Of a stretch of 64,000 bases of DNA, positions 16,046-29,366 are shown piece by piece; within the stretch, counting starts at the first letter, position 1; every line of letters begins with the position of its first letter. The translations under genes were made by a program, and so were the position numbers. The stretch is from Eledone cirrhosa. Lineage: Eukaryota. Under the pieces are notes generated by a model that was not told the DNA's origin, searched no databases, and worked only from the letters and a program-made list of their open reading frames with translations. The DNA is taken from assembly GCA_964016885.1 (NCBI GenBank), contig OZ024743.1, forward strand, positions 29,388,001-29,452,000, read 5' to 3'.

Positions 16046-16545
16046 TCAACTTTTTCATTTCCTAGGGCCCGCATTGGGTGAAAAACTGCGTTTTTAAAAT
16101 ATTTTTAGGGTTTTTTTGAGGCATTACGTCAGACCGATTTCCTTGAAATTGTAACTATGTATTAGCCAGTCACTTCTTCATACCGCAAGCAAAGAAAATC
16201 CAACTTTCTTATGGCCTAGGGCCCGCATTAGGTGAACAACTTCATTTTTGCAGCTTCTTAAGGCTTTTTGGAGGCGTTACGTCTAGCCGATTTTCCGGAA
16301 ATTTCAAGGCATATTATGCACATAAAAAAATATTCATTTTCTTGATCCCCCAGGGCCCGCATTAGGTGAAAACCTGCATTTTTCCTGCTTCATCGAGGAA
16401 AATCTTAAAGATTATCCAGCCATCAGAGTATTCGGTTTATTTTCTTTACATATTGTCCAGGCATGCAGTTTTTCCACAATTAGGTCTGTTGATGGCCCGC
16501 GTTTCAAAATACCTTATGCCGTGCAACACCGGGTACCACTGCTAG
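16046..16545 (+). mobile_element. Non-autonomous Helitron-like 3' portion with three internal subrepeats
   Basis: agggcccgcatt(a/g)ggtgaa recurs near 16063, 16218 and 16352; ends ccgtgcaacaccgggtaccactgCTAG followed by T. Confidence 0.6.
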
Positions 16546-16749
16546 TTATATATAAACTGCATTAGGAAAAAAATTAGTGACGGAAATATATGAATGTTTA
16601 TATAAGCGATCGCTAACCGGAAGTGTTGACATTGGACAATTTTAAATAAGTGAATCTTAAAATACGCAACAAAATTATTTATTAATCAAGAATTACGACA
16701 TTTAGTAGAAATTTAGATAAATTATGTAATATTCATTCATTATTTATTC

Positions 16750-16926
16750 TTGGCAGTATCGGTAGAGTGTCGGACGCCATGCTTTCCAGCATAGTTACGT
16801 CCATTTACGATCTGAGTTCAAATCCCGCCGAGGTTAACTTTGCCTTTCATCCTTACAGGGTCGATAAAATAAAGTACCAGTAATGTACTAGGTAATTGCT
16901 GGCCTTGTGCCTAAAGTAGAAACAAT
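16750..16926 (+). mobile_element. tRNA-derived SINE (same family as 44095-44286)
   Basis: gagttcaaatcccgccgaggttaactttgcctttcatccttacagggtcgataaaataaagtaccag, ending gctggccttgtgcctaaagtagaaac. Confidence 0.85.
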
Positions 16927-17756
16927 TATTTATTCAAAGTAATCCAACTTATTTTACAAACGAGATAAAAAAAATATATTCTGGACGCAATCCCACGCTC
17001 CTTTCTTTATTATAGTTAAGATTGCGTGTATGTACTACAACCTGTTGGGTAGCTGCTCGTAATATACTGGCTTTATATCCACGGAAGATAATAGAGCTAT
17101 CAACAGTTTAACGGTGATGATCTACGTACTGCTTATATCACATTCTGTGACTCTTATAGATAACATTCTATCAGATATTTTTGTAATGATTTGTATATTT
17201 ACCCTCGCAGCAATTTCACTCATACCTGCACACACATGCCTAGGCATCCTCTATCTAAATAGATTGGTAAGTTTCTGAGGTAATTGCAAATAATTCCTGT
17301 TGTAGTTGGCCAGTTTCTTATTTTTGTATATGAAGTTCCTTCAAACGGAAATATCCAAGTATCTGAAGGATTTCTCACGATCTAGTGACGCTCTGTTTAA
17401 TTATGAAGTTGTATAACTGCTTCAAAATATTGACTTAAATAATATACTCTTCAATAATATAGTCATCCTCAATTAGAAGTCTTTATGGAAAAAAAACTTT
17501 CCTGTATCAAATTTAAATTATGCAGTAGTGAAAATATATGAAAGACAATCTACAGTGTGTGAATGCTTTTTATGTGTATGTCTATATATTCGCCGTGGGG
17601 ATTGCATGAACAAATGGTTAAGCGGATTTCGTAAGTTGCCGGGTTCGAACCTACTGCGTTAGCGAGTGTAATTTACCATAGCATCGAGCAAGTGAAATAG
17701 CGTAGACTAAATCTATGTGGAAGTCAGTTGACTGGAATGTACATATAATGGTTTCT

Positions 17757-17890
17757 TATATAGGCACAAGGCCAGCAATTTTTTTTGTGGGGGGGGGGGG
17801 TCGATTAAATCGAACCCAGCTGCATGACTGGTATTTTATTTTATCGATTCCGTAAGAAAGAAAGGCAAAGTTAACCTCCGCGGGATTTCC
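17757..17890 (-). mobile_element. SINE 3' portion, same family
   Basis: Reverse complement of the central domain and tail (ggcacaaggccagcaat...ttttatcga...aaaggcaaagttaacct). Confidence 0.75.
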
Positions 17891-18339
17891 TATCCACCGT
17901 CCTGGAATGTCCATATAATACGCTCCTCGCATATCTAGAAACACACATACACACACTCATGCACGCACTGTTGATTGACTTTTTATTTTCTTGCTACAAC
18001 ATAATTTAGAATTGATAAACGCTCTGAGAACTAGGTTAAGTGTACTGGAGTCTGTGGAATGCTAAGCCACTTGCAATTTAATTTCACGAGACGGCAGTTC
18101 TATTGATCTAGCACCCTGAGCAAACCTCGTCGAAACCAACAGAGGTCTATTCAAGTTCAGATATGCGCTGTATCAACGATGAATCTTAGACGTTTAAAGA
18201 CACATTATTTTATTTCAAAAGTACTACAGTGTGTATGTGTGTGTGTGTGTGTGATAGGTCACACCTATGCAGGTTTAGCTGGCCTCCTCCAAGGTATATC
18301 TCGTAGGGGGTGTCTTGGGTGATTTAGTGATAGAGACCC

Positions 18340-18497
18340 CCAGTCCTATCATCGCATTTCTACAGCTGAGTAAACTGGAGCAACGTGAAATAAAGTGTCT
18401 TGCTCAAGGAAACAACACATCACCCGGTCCGAGAATTGAACTCACAACCTTTCGATTGCAAGCCCAATGCTCTATCCACTAAGCCATGCGCCTTCAC
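18340..18497 (-). mobile_element. tRNA-derived SINE, second family
   Basis: Reverse complement: ggcgcatggcttagtgg (A box), gagttcaattc (B box), ccttgagcaagacact, ccagtttactcagctgtagaaatg. Related decayed pieces near 30020-30110 and 31735-31860. Confidence 0.75.
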
Positions 18498-18959
18498 AAA
18501 AGTACTACAGGGTAGACTACGTATAACATAGATGTGTTGTGAGTGGTTGCGATGCTGATGGCGTTTTCAAAACGGAAGGGAACTGAAATATCCTCGATGG
18601 TCTTGAAGACTGATTGGATTTTTCTCAATACTCAAAGCAAGCGTGACATTTAACTGTGGATATTAATGGACAAAACATCATTTATGATTTAATTCGTTTT
18701 TCTGTTCCTTTGTGATGCGTAATTAAAAGAAATTAAAATATATATTTAAATTTCAAAACCTCAATTTTATATCGATTTCTTTGGATATTTGGTTGGAAAC
18801 AATTTCATATCGATTTTGTTAGTGTTTTCTCTATCCAAACAATGTGTTAATTTACAAAACTGATAAATGATTTATTTATTTCTCACACACGCGACAACAA
18901 ACAAACAACCAAACTCAAACGGATAGAGACACCGACACAGACGCTCATATAACTATAAG

Positions 18960-19515
<556 letters not shown>

Positions 19516-19959
19516 TGAACATAAGCTATCTTGGGTGATCGACAATTGACAAATAATAGCGTTCATCAGTACCGATAATTAGGACCAATTATTGTAGTAG
19601 ACAGTTAATTAGGTTTTTCGACTTGCAAAGCAATGTCAATAGTAAGTTAGGAATCACACCCGCGTTGCAGATTTGGCTTGCAACCAACCTATGTACCGGC
19701 GTTATACATAATTAGAGATGTGTTAACTCATGCGTCAAGTCTTCCGAATCTTAGATTCGTTCAGGACGCTGTGCCGGAAATAAGATACTAAATTCAAATC
19801 CTTCGGCTAGTTGTCCATTAACCTATCGAAAAGGATATACTTGTTATGCCCTAGAAAATACAAAAGGTTATAACTACGTTTTGTCATTGTTTTTCTGAAT
19901 TTCAGGAAATCAAACTTTTCTCAAAATCAAAACAGGGAGACGTGTTAAATGTAAGGTTA

Positions 19960-20120
19960 TAGAGCTGTGTGGTTATAGAGGTCATTGTGTAAGCATGTGA
20001 TTCCCGGTTCAGTCTCTTTACGTAGCGCATAGGCTAGGTGTTTTCCTCTATAGCCATGAATTAACTAATACCTTGTCAATGAGATTTAGTAGACGGAAAC
20101 TCAGCAGACCCTCCACGTAT
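19960..20120 (+). mobile_element. Decayed tRNA-derived SINE, third family
   Basis: ccggttcagtc...ctatagcc...ccttgtcaatgagatttagtagacggaaact; related copies near 17600-17740 and 36345-36480. Confidence 0.6.
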
Positions 20121-20240
20121 GAATGTGCACACACACACACGCACACACACATATATATATAACAAAGGAATTGTGGTAAGGAACCAGATGGACCATAACG
20201 CACCAGAGTACTCAATACTTAGGGTACACACACACACACA

Positions 20241-20297
<57 letters not shown>

Positions 20298-20945
20298 ATG
20301 CGTGTGTGCGTGCACATGTGTGTGGGGGAGTGGTATGCGTTTATGTCTGTGTCTACGCTTACTGTTTGTAGCGCGTGTCTTAGAAGTTCGACAAAACGAG
20401 TTCGAGAAAATGTGCAGCAGATTTGAAAATATAACTACTGGGAACGATGTGATCTACTAAATTCCCACCAAGGTAGTGCTCCTGTATGGTCGCAGTCTAA
20501 AGACTGAAAGGAATAGCGTCGAAAACAGTATTTTTCCAAACCATGTTGCCAAAAAAGAAGACGCTTAATTTTAATTGAAAATGTAAATAATAATCTTCCT
20601 TTCACAAAATATTCGATATGATATAAATTGGAACCGGAAACATTACTTGAATGGGAGTAGAACATATTTCTCAGCTAATGAATGAAGTTCTAAATAAAGC
20701 TAGTACACACATATAGCTTCTAGATGAAATTAGTGTATACAATGGAGTAGATATATTTGGTAACGCGGCATAGTACTGTTTCTATACGTATTATACACAC
20801 CGATATCTTTTATAAAACGAACTTCATGTTTGACTAGATTAATCATTTCCAAGTTTTCATTTTACTGTATATACAAAGCCACTCAGAAACACAAAGTAAG
20901 AGAGAGAGAGAGAGACATATACAGTCACACACACACAGAAACATG

Positions 20946-21021
<76 letters not shown>

Positions 21022-21026
<5 letters not shown>

Positions 21027-21115
21027 GGGCTTCTACAGAACTAGAACTGTTTCATTCGTGACAAATGATCAGTTCTCACGAATGAAACAGTTCTAGTTCT
21101 GTAGAAGATCTTCTA
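21022..21115. mobile_element. Near-perfect palindrome derived from HHR family 3 (cores broken)
   Basis: cttctacagaactagaactgtttcattcgtga / tcacgaatgaaacagttctagttctgtagaag; flanks also mirror (about 20910-20960 vs 21115-21185); minus-strand core reads CTGATCA. Confidence 0.7.
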
Positions 21116-21184
21116 TATATATATATATATATATATGTATGCATGTTTCTGTGTGTGTGTGACTGTATATGTCTCTCTCTCTCT

Positions 21185-21762
21185 CGGTTTACATTTATTA
21201 TAATGCCCGAATTACGCCGTACAGTGTTTAGGCAACCACGTCACCTTTTTGTTCAACACTGACACAGGGACGATGTACTAGTTTCAAGCTTATTAGCTAT
21301 CGTCAGCATCGTATACCTTCCTGCCAGATGGTTGAACGTCTGAAAGTATATATTTTCCTTATGCATATTAACGGCTGAGCAGCCTAATTTGCATATCGAG
21401 TGAGATCATTCGGCTTAGCGCACCGAAAACGATAAATGGAATAGAATGAAACGAAATTTCATTTCTCACTCTTAGTACGGCACTTACTTAAATGTAAGTA
21501 TGCATGTATGTATACGTACACACATATATGTATACAGACGTACAGTAGTATATATTTACAAACGGACAAATCGAGCATTATAATAAGTGTTCGGTAAACC
21601 AATACGTGCATATATATATATGTGTGCATGTATGTATATATATACATACTACTGTACGTCTGTATATATATATGTATGTACGTATACATACATGCGTACT
21701 TACATTTAATTAAGTGCCGTACTAATAGTGAGAAATGAAATTTCGTTTCATTCTATTCCATA
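21185..21762 (-). mobile_element. Non-coding element carrying HHR family 4 with an inverted terminal segment
   Basis: About 21205-21550 matches 60362-60700; about 21556-21760 is the reverse complement of about 60150-60350; no ORF. Confidence 0.8.
21270..21312 (-). ncRNA. Minimal type I hammerhead ribozyme motif, family 4
   Basis: Reverse complement: acgatg CTGACGA t-agct-aata-agct-t GAAA ctag TA catcgt. Perfect 6-bp stem I, palindromic ACTAGT stem III, GUA triplet. Confidence 0.85.
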
Positions 21763-21914
21763 TATATATATATATATAATAGTTATAATAGTTTCAACAT
21801 ATATATATATAAGTGTTTCAACACACGATTTCACTTGAAGAACATTGAAAATGAAACCTTAATTTGAAAAAAAAAAACGTTTCCACACCAAGGCAATGTT
21901 ATCCACAAAAAACA

Positions 21915-22112
21915 AGGGTAAAAAAACCCTTCGGTCACGATTGACCATGGGATTTGCACCTAGAGTGTTCAGGCTCTGAGGCAAAAGTCTGGACAAGTTT
22001 GTTGTGGAAGACCCATGCCTACTAGACTTCCCTCTCCACGCCACCTATGTTATCCAAGGGAAAGACAACGGGTGATACACATTGTCACACCTCATTTCTA
22101 CAACTGAGTAAA
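21915..22112 (-). mobile_element. SINE body fragment (possibly Ceph-SINE-like)
   Basis: Shares tttactcag.tgtagaaatg with the 18340-18497 SINE and continues cccttggataac...ggtggcgtggagagg...ctaggtgcaaatcccatggtca. Confidence 0.5.
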
Positions 22113-22452
22113 CCGTTGAGTTCTGTGGAAGATATTTTTATATTAGACAATGATATATACTGTTTGTTTGCTTCAATCTTGAAGATTCATGCACACTTAA
22201 CAACCTTGAAACCTTAACATCCCAGGCAAGGATCTGTGCGCAACACTGGATGGGCATGGTGTAGTGATTCGATAAGAGGAAGATTTAGACTAAATAGTGA
22301 GTCGTGTTATTCTGGAGTATCGCCGATTTATAATAGGGTCTCCAGAGTAACAAACTCTACTTCGGTATTGAGTACTCTTTTCTCTAATTCGTCGACGACA
22401 CACCACACACATATACACACACATGCACACATACACACACACGCACACACAC

Positions 22453-22492
<40 letters not shown>

Positions 22493-22550
22493 TCATACAC
22501 ACACATACATATATAAACATTATATATAGATAATGTTTAATATAGAAATA

Positions 22551-22598
22551 GCTTCTACATGACTAGAACTGTTTCATTCGAAAGAAATCATCAGAAAA
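22551..22598 (-). ncRNA. Hammerhead family 3, minus-strand arm
   Basis: Reverse complement: tttt CTGATGA tttctttcgaat GAAA ca-gttctagtca-tg TA gaagc; core intact, weaker stem I. Confidence 0.6.
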
Positions 22599-22658
22599 AA
22601 TCGGCTTTCCTGATGATTTCCTTCGAATGAAACATTTCTAGTCCTGTAGAAGCGATTT
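22598..22658 (+). ncRNA. Type I hammerhead ribozyme motif, family 3
   Basis: aaatcggctttc CTGATGA (22610-22616) t-ttc-cttc-gaa-t GAAA (22629-22632) ca-tttctagtcc-tg TA gaagcgattt; bulged stem I, stem III ACA/TGT with CTAG in the loop, GUA triplet. Confidence 0.72.
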
Positions 22659-23084
22659 GATATTAAACATCATATACTCTACTATGCATTGAGTACTTTA
22701 CTTACTGTGGTTAGCCACTATTGAACCCAGGAAACACACACACGCACATATAAAGTGAGATTTGTGAAGATTTATAAGTGTCCACCTAAATATATTTTTA
22801 CATGAATATATGTTAGGCTTCTACATAAACTGGAAACATTCTCCCAATTTGTAGAAAACTTATAATGAAACAATTGTTTGGAAAGAGAGATATATTTTAA
22901 CTTTGATTATATCTCATAAAATAATACAACTGGCTTTCCACAAAATACATATAGTTAGCACCCCAAACACATAAATCGGGTTATACTAACATATAACCTA
23001 ATGTTTGTTGAGCGAGATGGTTACCAGTCGGAGTTTAGCGTTAAGTTATCTCTGTTATTGTATTAAATATATATATATATATAT

Positions 23085-23141
<57 letters not shown>

Positions 23142-23459
23142 AAGAGTAAAACCAAGCAGCATGCACAGAGGTGGAACGCAGGTTTATTTTCCTTTATGCT
23201 CAACAGTATTCCTTTTCCACCCTCCCCCAAACCAACTCCATTCAAATAGAGTATTCATCTTCTCGACATCACTTTTTTATTTAAAAAAATGCTTTTCCTG
23301 TTTCCTGTGTTTTGAATATGTTTTTATAAAAAAAAAAAAAAAAAAAAAAAATCAGCATATTCTGGGAAAAATCGCGATGTCCATGTCTAGAAGAAAACAA
23401 TACATTTTTCGCATCTTTACTCGGTTCTCTCCCTTATAAAGACAAATAATATAATTATA

Positions 23460-23610
23460 TCTACAAGGCCACCAATTTGAAGGGGAGGGGAAAGTCGATT
23501 AAATCAACCTCAGTCATTACTTGTGCTTTATTTTATCGACCCCGTAAGGATGAAAGGCAAAACTAACCTCGGCGGGATGGTGTCTGATGCTCTACCAATA
23601 CTGCGAATCC
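23460..23610 (-). mobile_element. SINE (Meta/MESC-like family)
   Basis: ttttatcgaccccgtaaggatgaaaggcaaaactaacctcggcggga. Confidence 0.75.
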
Positions 23611-24564
23611 CCCACAATATAATAGGCAGGACTATAATAGGCAACCGTCATACAATAGCAACCATTTAGTAGTTTTTAGATAGAAATGTCTTTTTTAATT
23701 CTTCATATATTGAGACCGTTATATATTTTACGCCTGATACTTCCGTAACAATATACAATTAAACAATAACAAATAAAATACCTACAACTACAAATTGGTG
23801 GGTAAATGCAAAAAAATCAGCTCCTGTAATAATTTCGAAATCTATGTGAATATTTGGATTCACTTCTGCTTGGCATTCCCTTTTACATCTTTTCGATTTC
23901 CCTTACTATTTTGATAAGGTTGTGTAGTGTCAGGTAAGCTGATAGGTTAGGAATAAAAATATTAATGGTTGACTTCTTAATTGACCTGATATCGAAATAT
24001 ATAATTCTGATGAATATGGTAAAAGGTTTAGGTATTTTAATTTCATGTATGTTTTTTTTAAACATCTTTGTTTACTGTTCTTAAGAGACCGATCATAGGA
24101 TACATGATTTATATGCTACTACATTAACGTCGTATTTCATTCTCTTATCGAGGCAATACGTTATCTGCAGCATATTACATACATGAAAAAGAGTTGAAAA
24201 TAAAAACATTATTACAACGCAAAATTATACCAGCTTGACTTAGTATAAAAGAATAAAATAGGAAAAAGGTTGTAATAAATCATTCTGGGTGAATATATAT
24301 AAAAGATAATATGGCATAAATAACATATTAATATCAGAAATAAGAACAGCGGTAAAGAAAAGTCAATCGTTGTTCCTTTCCTTTCCGGCAATAGTTAGAA
24401 AATTAAAGTGATTCTTTGTGATTTGCATAACGTTTCAGTCACAGAATAATGCACACATCGAATATACTACCCTCAGCAGGGGATTGTCACGAGAAATAGG
24501 AAGACATTCCAATGCGTATGTTAAAATCATTCAGAGTTAATGCCTTAATAATTCTTTCTAGCAT

Positions 24565-24770
24565 TAACACAAGTCAAGTTATTTAGAAGAAATGGAAAGT
24601 CGATTATATAGACCCGAATACTTGACTGGTACCATATTTTATCGACATCGGAAGGATGAAAGGCAAAGTTAACATCAGTAGGATTTCAACTCAGAGTTTA
24701 CAGAGTCAAATCAAATACTACCATACCATTTAATCTGATGTTCTTCCAATTCTTCCAATCCACCGCCTTT
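24565..24770 (-). mobile_element. SINE (Meta/MESC-like family)
   Basis: actggtacc...ttttatcgacatcggaaggatgaaaggcaaagttaac...gatttcaactcaga...ccaatccaccgcc. Confidence 0.75.
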
Positions 24771-26596
24771 CTAATGTGTTAATAATGATAACACATTGTT
24801 GGAAAGTTTTCATTGTGCAATCAAATCAGAAGAGTTCAAATGCATTAATTGCTTAAATGAGACATTGAAAAAAAATGTACGATATTGAACTTTCATTTTG
24901 TTTCTGTTATGTTTGTCACATTTCTATTTTTTATATCACTAATTGCTTTACAAGGTGATTTAAGATAGATAACTGCAACTCTATAATTAATTGTTCAAAG
25001 TAGATCTGAAATATCTACTAAAAAGATAGACAAGCAACTTTTCAAAATACATAAGATTTGCCTTCACTAATTCGTAACTTTAACTTAGTTTCTAATGCTA
25101 TTGCTAATACTATACTAATATTCTCTTTATTCTATTTATTTGAAATTGTGAAACTCTCTTTGTTAATTCCATTTTTTTAGTACCTCGTGTCTGAAACATA
25201 CATTATGGCAATGTTGCCTCTACTGCAACATTTAGGTTAGATTTTTTATTCAGACGAGAGTTATTTCTTAAAGTAGGTTCACGAAATGAATGATTTTATG
25301 ATTGTTCACTAAAGTCATCTGTTGTATGCGCTCATACTACCTATTTCCAGTCGCCTTAGAATTTATTATACGAAATCTAATGCAATTTCATGGAGAAAAA
25401 TACTGCTGCGATGTTAATGGACTCACTATATTTTATGCGATCATAGTCAACAAAATCATGTTGTAGACCCTAATGTGAATTGAAAAGGTACCGAGCAACA
25501 TAAATAATTACTTTTTTAAACTGATCTTTGAGATTCAATTATCCAGCAACATTTTCTGCTGAATATCAGACATACGTGTTGATACTTTTAGAATATGTCT
25601 GAATGTTATTGTCTAAAGATTTTGGCCCCCTCATAGCTCTGATTAATGCCACAGACTTATGTGTTAATAGCTGTTACATGAATTTTTCTATAAAATGTAT
25701 AGATACTATTTGTAATAATTAGGCGAGTTTAACATTTTGGGCATATATCATTTCTACTATATAAAATTGAAACCGTTTTGTTGTAAATATTTAATAACAT
25801 TTTGGAAAGAGGTTTTTGGTATTACTGGCAATTAGATGTGTCATCTGCTGATTTGTTTCTTCCAGTAGGAATTCTTATATAAACTAGTTCCGAATTATTC
25901 GAAAGTGTATTGAGTGTTTGCATTACCTGGCTGTGTGGCATATTGAAATAACAACTCCAAATATTTGGTATATTATTAATGCCAGGAACGTTTCGATGTA
26001 GGAAGAAACAACAAGTCTTAAATGAAATGCTTTAATAATGTCGTTATTATAATTTGTTTTCAACAATCCCATAGGAGATTTTTACTGTGATTGAGATATA
26101 TACAGTTTTCTCTTTTGGAGGAGGGGAATATGATCGTGTTATAGTTAATTTAAGCTGTTGTTTTGTTGATTATTGTGTCGTTTTAGTTCAGTCTTATGTA
26201 TTCGGAAATGTTTTATAAAATTGGCTTCGTCTTTATGTTGAATATGTGTAGTGTGAGTGGTTTTAGTAAGTTAAAAATATATTGCATAAAATCTGTGATG
26301 CATGTATAAGGGCTACTTTGGGGATTGCTTGATACAAATATTCAATGTTATGTATCCTCATATCGGCCTGGCTCGAGCAAACCTAAGATCAAACGTATTT
26401 CACCAATGTCTAAGGCATCAATATATTTTATAGCCTACGTAATATATTTAGGACTACATTATCCACCTTGTCCTTTCAATTTTTATACTAGAATAATTTT
26501 CAGCAATCAATCCATGAGAAGCATATAGATTAGTCTCTTGTTCTTTTATTTTTAATCGCTATTCACTGTAACAATAGCCATTATTATTTTGTGTAT

Positions 26597-26767
26597 TGGC
26601 AGTATCGGTAGAGGGTCGGACGCTATGCTTTGACGCATAGAGTTACGGCCCTTGCCATTCTGAGTTCGAATCCCGCCGATGTTAATTTTGCCTTTACGAG
26701 GTCGATAAAATAAAGTACCAGTAATGCACTGGGTAATTGCTGGCCTTGTGACACAAAGTAGAAACAA
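26597..26767 (+). mobile_element. SINE (Meta/MESC-like family)
   Basis: Closely matches 16750-16926. Confidence 0.8.
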
Positions 26768-27266
26768 TTATCATTTTCCGTACTTTAATTTCTAATACCC
26801 TCTTCGTGTATATGGTAATTTATAACTACCTTTTAAATGGGAAGTCAATCTGATGGACTGTATAGAATTGATAAAAACTTTTCGATCTGGAAATATGAAG
26901 AGAAATAACTAACATGTGTTATCATTATGATTATTTTGTATGTTTCTACAAAACTATAATAGTCTAGAGATCATACATATGACTTTCTACAGTTTCTACA
27001 CAAAATCCTCAAACTTATTCGATTTGATTGGTGTAACATTTCTCCACAACGACGCTATAATGACATAGACAATATTTCCTATCTATGCTACTTCACCGCA
27101 CCATTTTCTCCTCAGAACTGCCAAGTTCAGAAGACTCTGTATGGTCACTTGAATTGTTTCTCTCAAACCTACTGTCTTAAAATATGTACATATTAGATAA
27201 CGTATTTCGGATGATGAAAACATGAAAATACGAAATAGGGCTTGATTGGAACCCTTTTCATTATAG

Positions 27267-27458
27267 CAGACCTGCCAACTTCAAAAAACCCAAACAGGGA
27301 GTACCAAGAAAAAAAGTGCCCAAACGAGACGAAATGGGGTAAAATGGGGAGATTTTACATAATGAAAGCTATTCCCATTTTCAACAGAGAAAACATTCTC
27401 ACCCAACCCAAATTGGGTGGGAGATCTCCCCGTCCGATGGGGAGAGTTGACAGGTCTG
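27267..27458. mobile_element. MITE-like element with 15-bp terminal inverted repeats (possibly hAT-derived)
   Basis: Starts CAGACCTGCCAACT and ends AGTTGACAGGTCTG (one mismatch); no clear TSD. Confidence 0.6.
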
Positions 27459-27934
27459 CACCTGATGCTCAAAACAATTTTTCTGTATTCTCGACAAGGG
27501 CTATTGATGTTCCTTCAAATTTACATTGAAGGAAACTAGCAGTTCGGAAACGGACATTAATTTCTTTTATCTAATAGTTGTGATCCTATGTGTGCACATT
27601 CGCACGCTGTGCTGAGAGGAAACTGTGACTGCAACCATCTGGAATTTCCTTCCTCTACATATTATTATTGTAAAACCAGAAGTAACAAATATAATGTAAA
27701 TATGTAGGCCACGTCATGCTGGGGTCCATCCTCAAGATATTCCTGTTTCTAGTGGAGAACCACACAGTACACCGTGTATGGGGTATAGTGTAATAGTCTG
27801 CACATGATAATATTTACCCCCACTCTCTCCTTGTCAACAGTTGTCGATCAAACTAACAGTAAATTGACCATCAAACACACAAATTTCACGAATAAGATAA
27901 AAAAAGCATACAAATATTGGCAGAAGAAGGAAGG

Positions 27935-28330
27935 ACTTGAGCTCAGAAAGCATAGAACCGGACTAGAAACTGCCAAACATCGGGTCCGACTCTTTAACAA
28001 TTCTGCCGATCCACCATCCTTAAACTGGTACTTTTTTATCGACCCCGAAAGAACAGAGGCTAAAGTTTACTTCGGTGGAAGAGAAACACTGAAGCTCTAA
28101 CGGCACGCTATAACGATTTTTAATTTTGGACCAGGATGAGCACACTTTAAGTAAAGGAAAGTCGATTATATCAACCCTATTATTTCATTGGTACTTTATT
28201 TTATGGACCACAGAAAGAAAACAAGGCAAAATCGACTTTGGTGGGATTTGGTTCCAGAAGGTAAGGAGCCGGAACAAATATCTCGTGGTCTTTTGTCCAA
28301 TGTTCTAACGGTTGTGCCATTCCACTACCA
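27935..28330 (-). mobile_element. Two decayed SINE copies (Meta/MESC-like family)
   Basis: actggtac..ttttatcgacccc near 28025-28045 and ggtactttatttt...ggcaaaatcgactttggtgggattt near 28190-28250. Confidence 0.65.
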
Positions 28331-28631
28331 TGAATTCACCGCTAAATAACAATAAAAATCAGTAATAATAAACTACAACAACAGGAACTGTGTATTACTT
28401 CGTTTTATTGAGGAGAGAGTTTTTGTTCTCGTTCGGTCGAGTCTTCAATCCAGTTTACCTTATAATTGGAAACTATCGAACATATACGCGCTCTTAGGAA
28501 AGTCTTGATTATCCTAGATTTCCTTTAACCACTCCGAAAATATTCTATTAGTTAATATGATTATGTTCAAGAAAAGACTTACTAATGTAGAACAATTTTA
28601 CATGTGATTAAATTTTCTCAAACTAAACAGC

Positions 28632-28925
28632 TTACTCTCTGTCTCTGTTTGTCTTCCTCTTTCTATCTCTATACCTCTCTTTCTGTCTCTATATGTCTCT
28701 TCCACTTTCTATCTTTATACTCCTCTCTCTGTCTCTATATGTCTCTTCCTCTTTCTATCTTTATACCGCCCTCTCTCTATATATATGTCTCTTCCTCTTT
28801 CTATCTCTATACCTCTCTCACTCTCTCTGTTTGTCTCTTCCTCTTTCTATCTCTATACCTCCCTCTCTTTCTCTGTTTGTCTCTTCCTCTTTCTATCTCT
28901 ATACATCTTTCTCTCTTCCTCTATC
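28632..28925. repeat. CT-rich minisatellite of ~44-nt units
   Basis: tgtctcttcctctttctatctctatacc repeated about seven times. Confidence 0.85.
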
Positions 28926-29334
28926 CACTTGTCTTTTTTCCCATTATTTCTCTCACTCCCTCGTTATAACCTGATTTCTTTTATCTCTCATCCTATCTCT
29001 TTATATACACACGCATACATACACACACACATACGCTCACAAATTCATACACACACATACGCTTACAAATTCATATACACACACACGCACATAAACTCAT
29101 ACTCACACAAACTCATACACACACATGCATGCACACTACACACATGCACACACACACACACGCGCGCGTACACACATACACATACACACACACACACACA
29201 TGCACACACATATATATCAAGCGTTAAACTAATATATTCCTTCATTGTACTGCGTTGTTTGCTTTGTTTCTTCCGTTTACTTTTTGCACCTCCCCCCCCC
29301 CCCCCCCACACACACGCACACAAGCACACACACG

Positions 29335-29366
<32 letters not shown>

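Noticed and set aside
16062-16375. CRISPR-like repeat-spacer array
   Set aside because: Eukaryotic context, long spacers that resemble each other, and no cas genes; these are transposon subrepeats.
18430-18497. tRNA gene
   Set aside because: A and B boxes are present but there is no proper acceptor stem, and it runs into a SINE body. The same applies to the other SINE heads.
23680-26320. Possible very old PLE RT remnants on the minus strand
   Set aside because: Only faint motif echoes; I cannot support boundaries or identity without a search.
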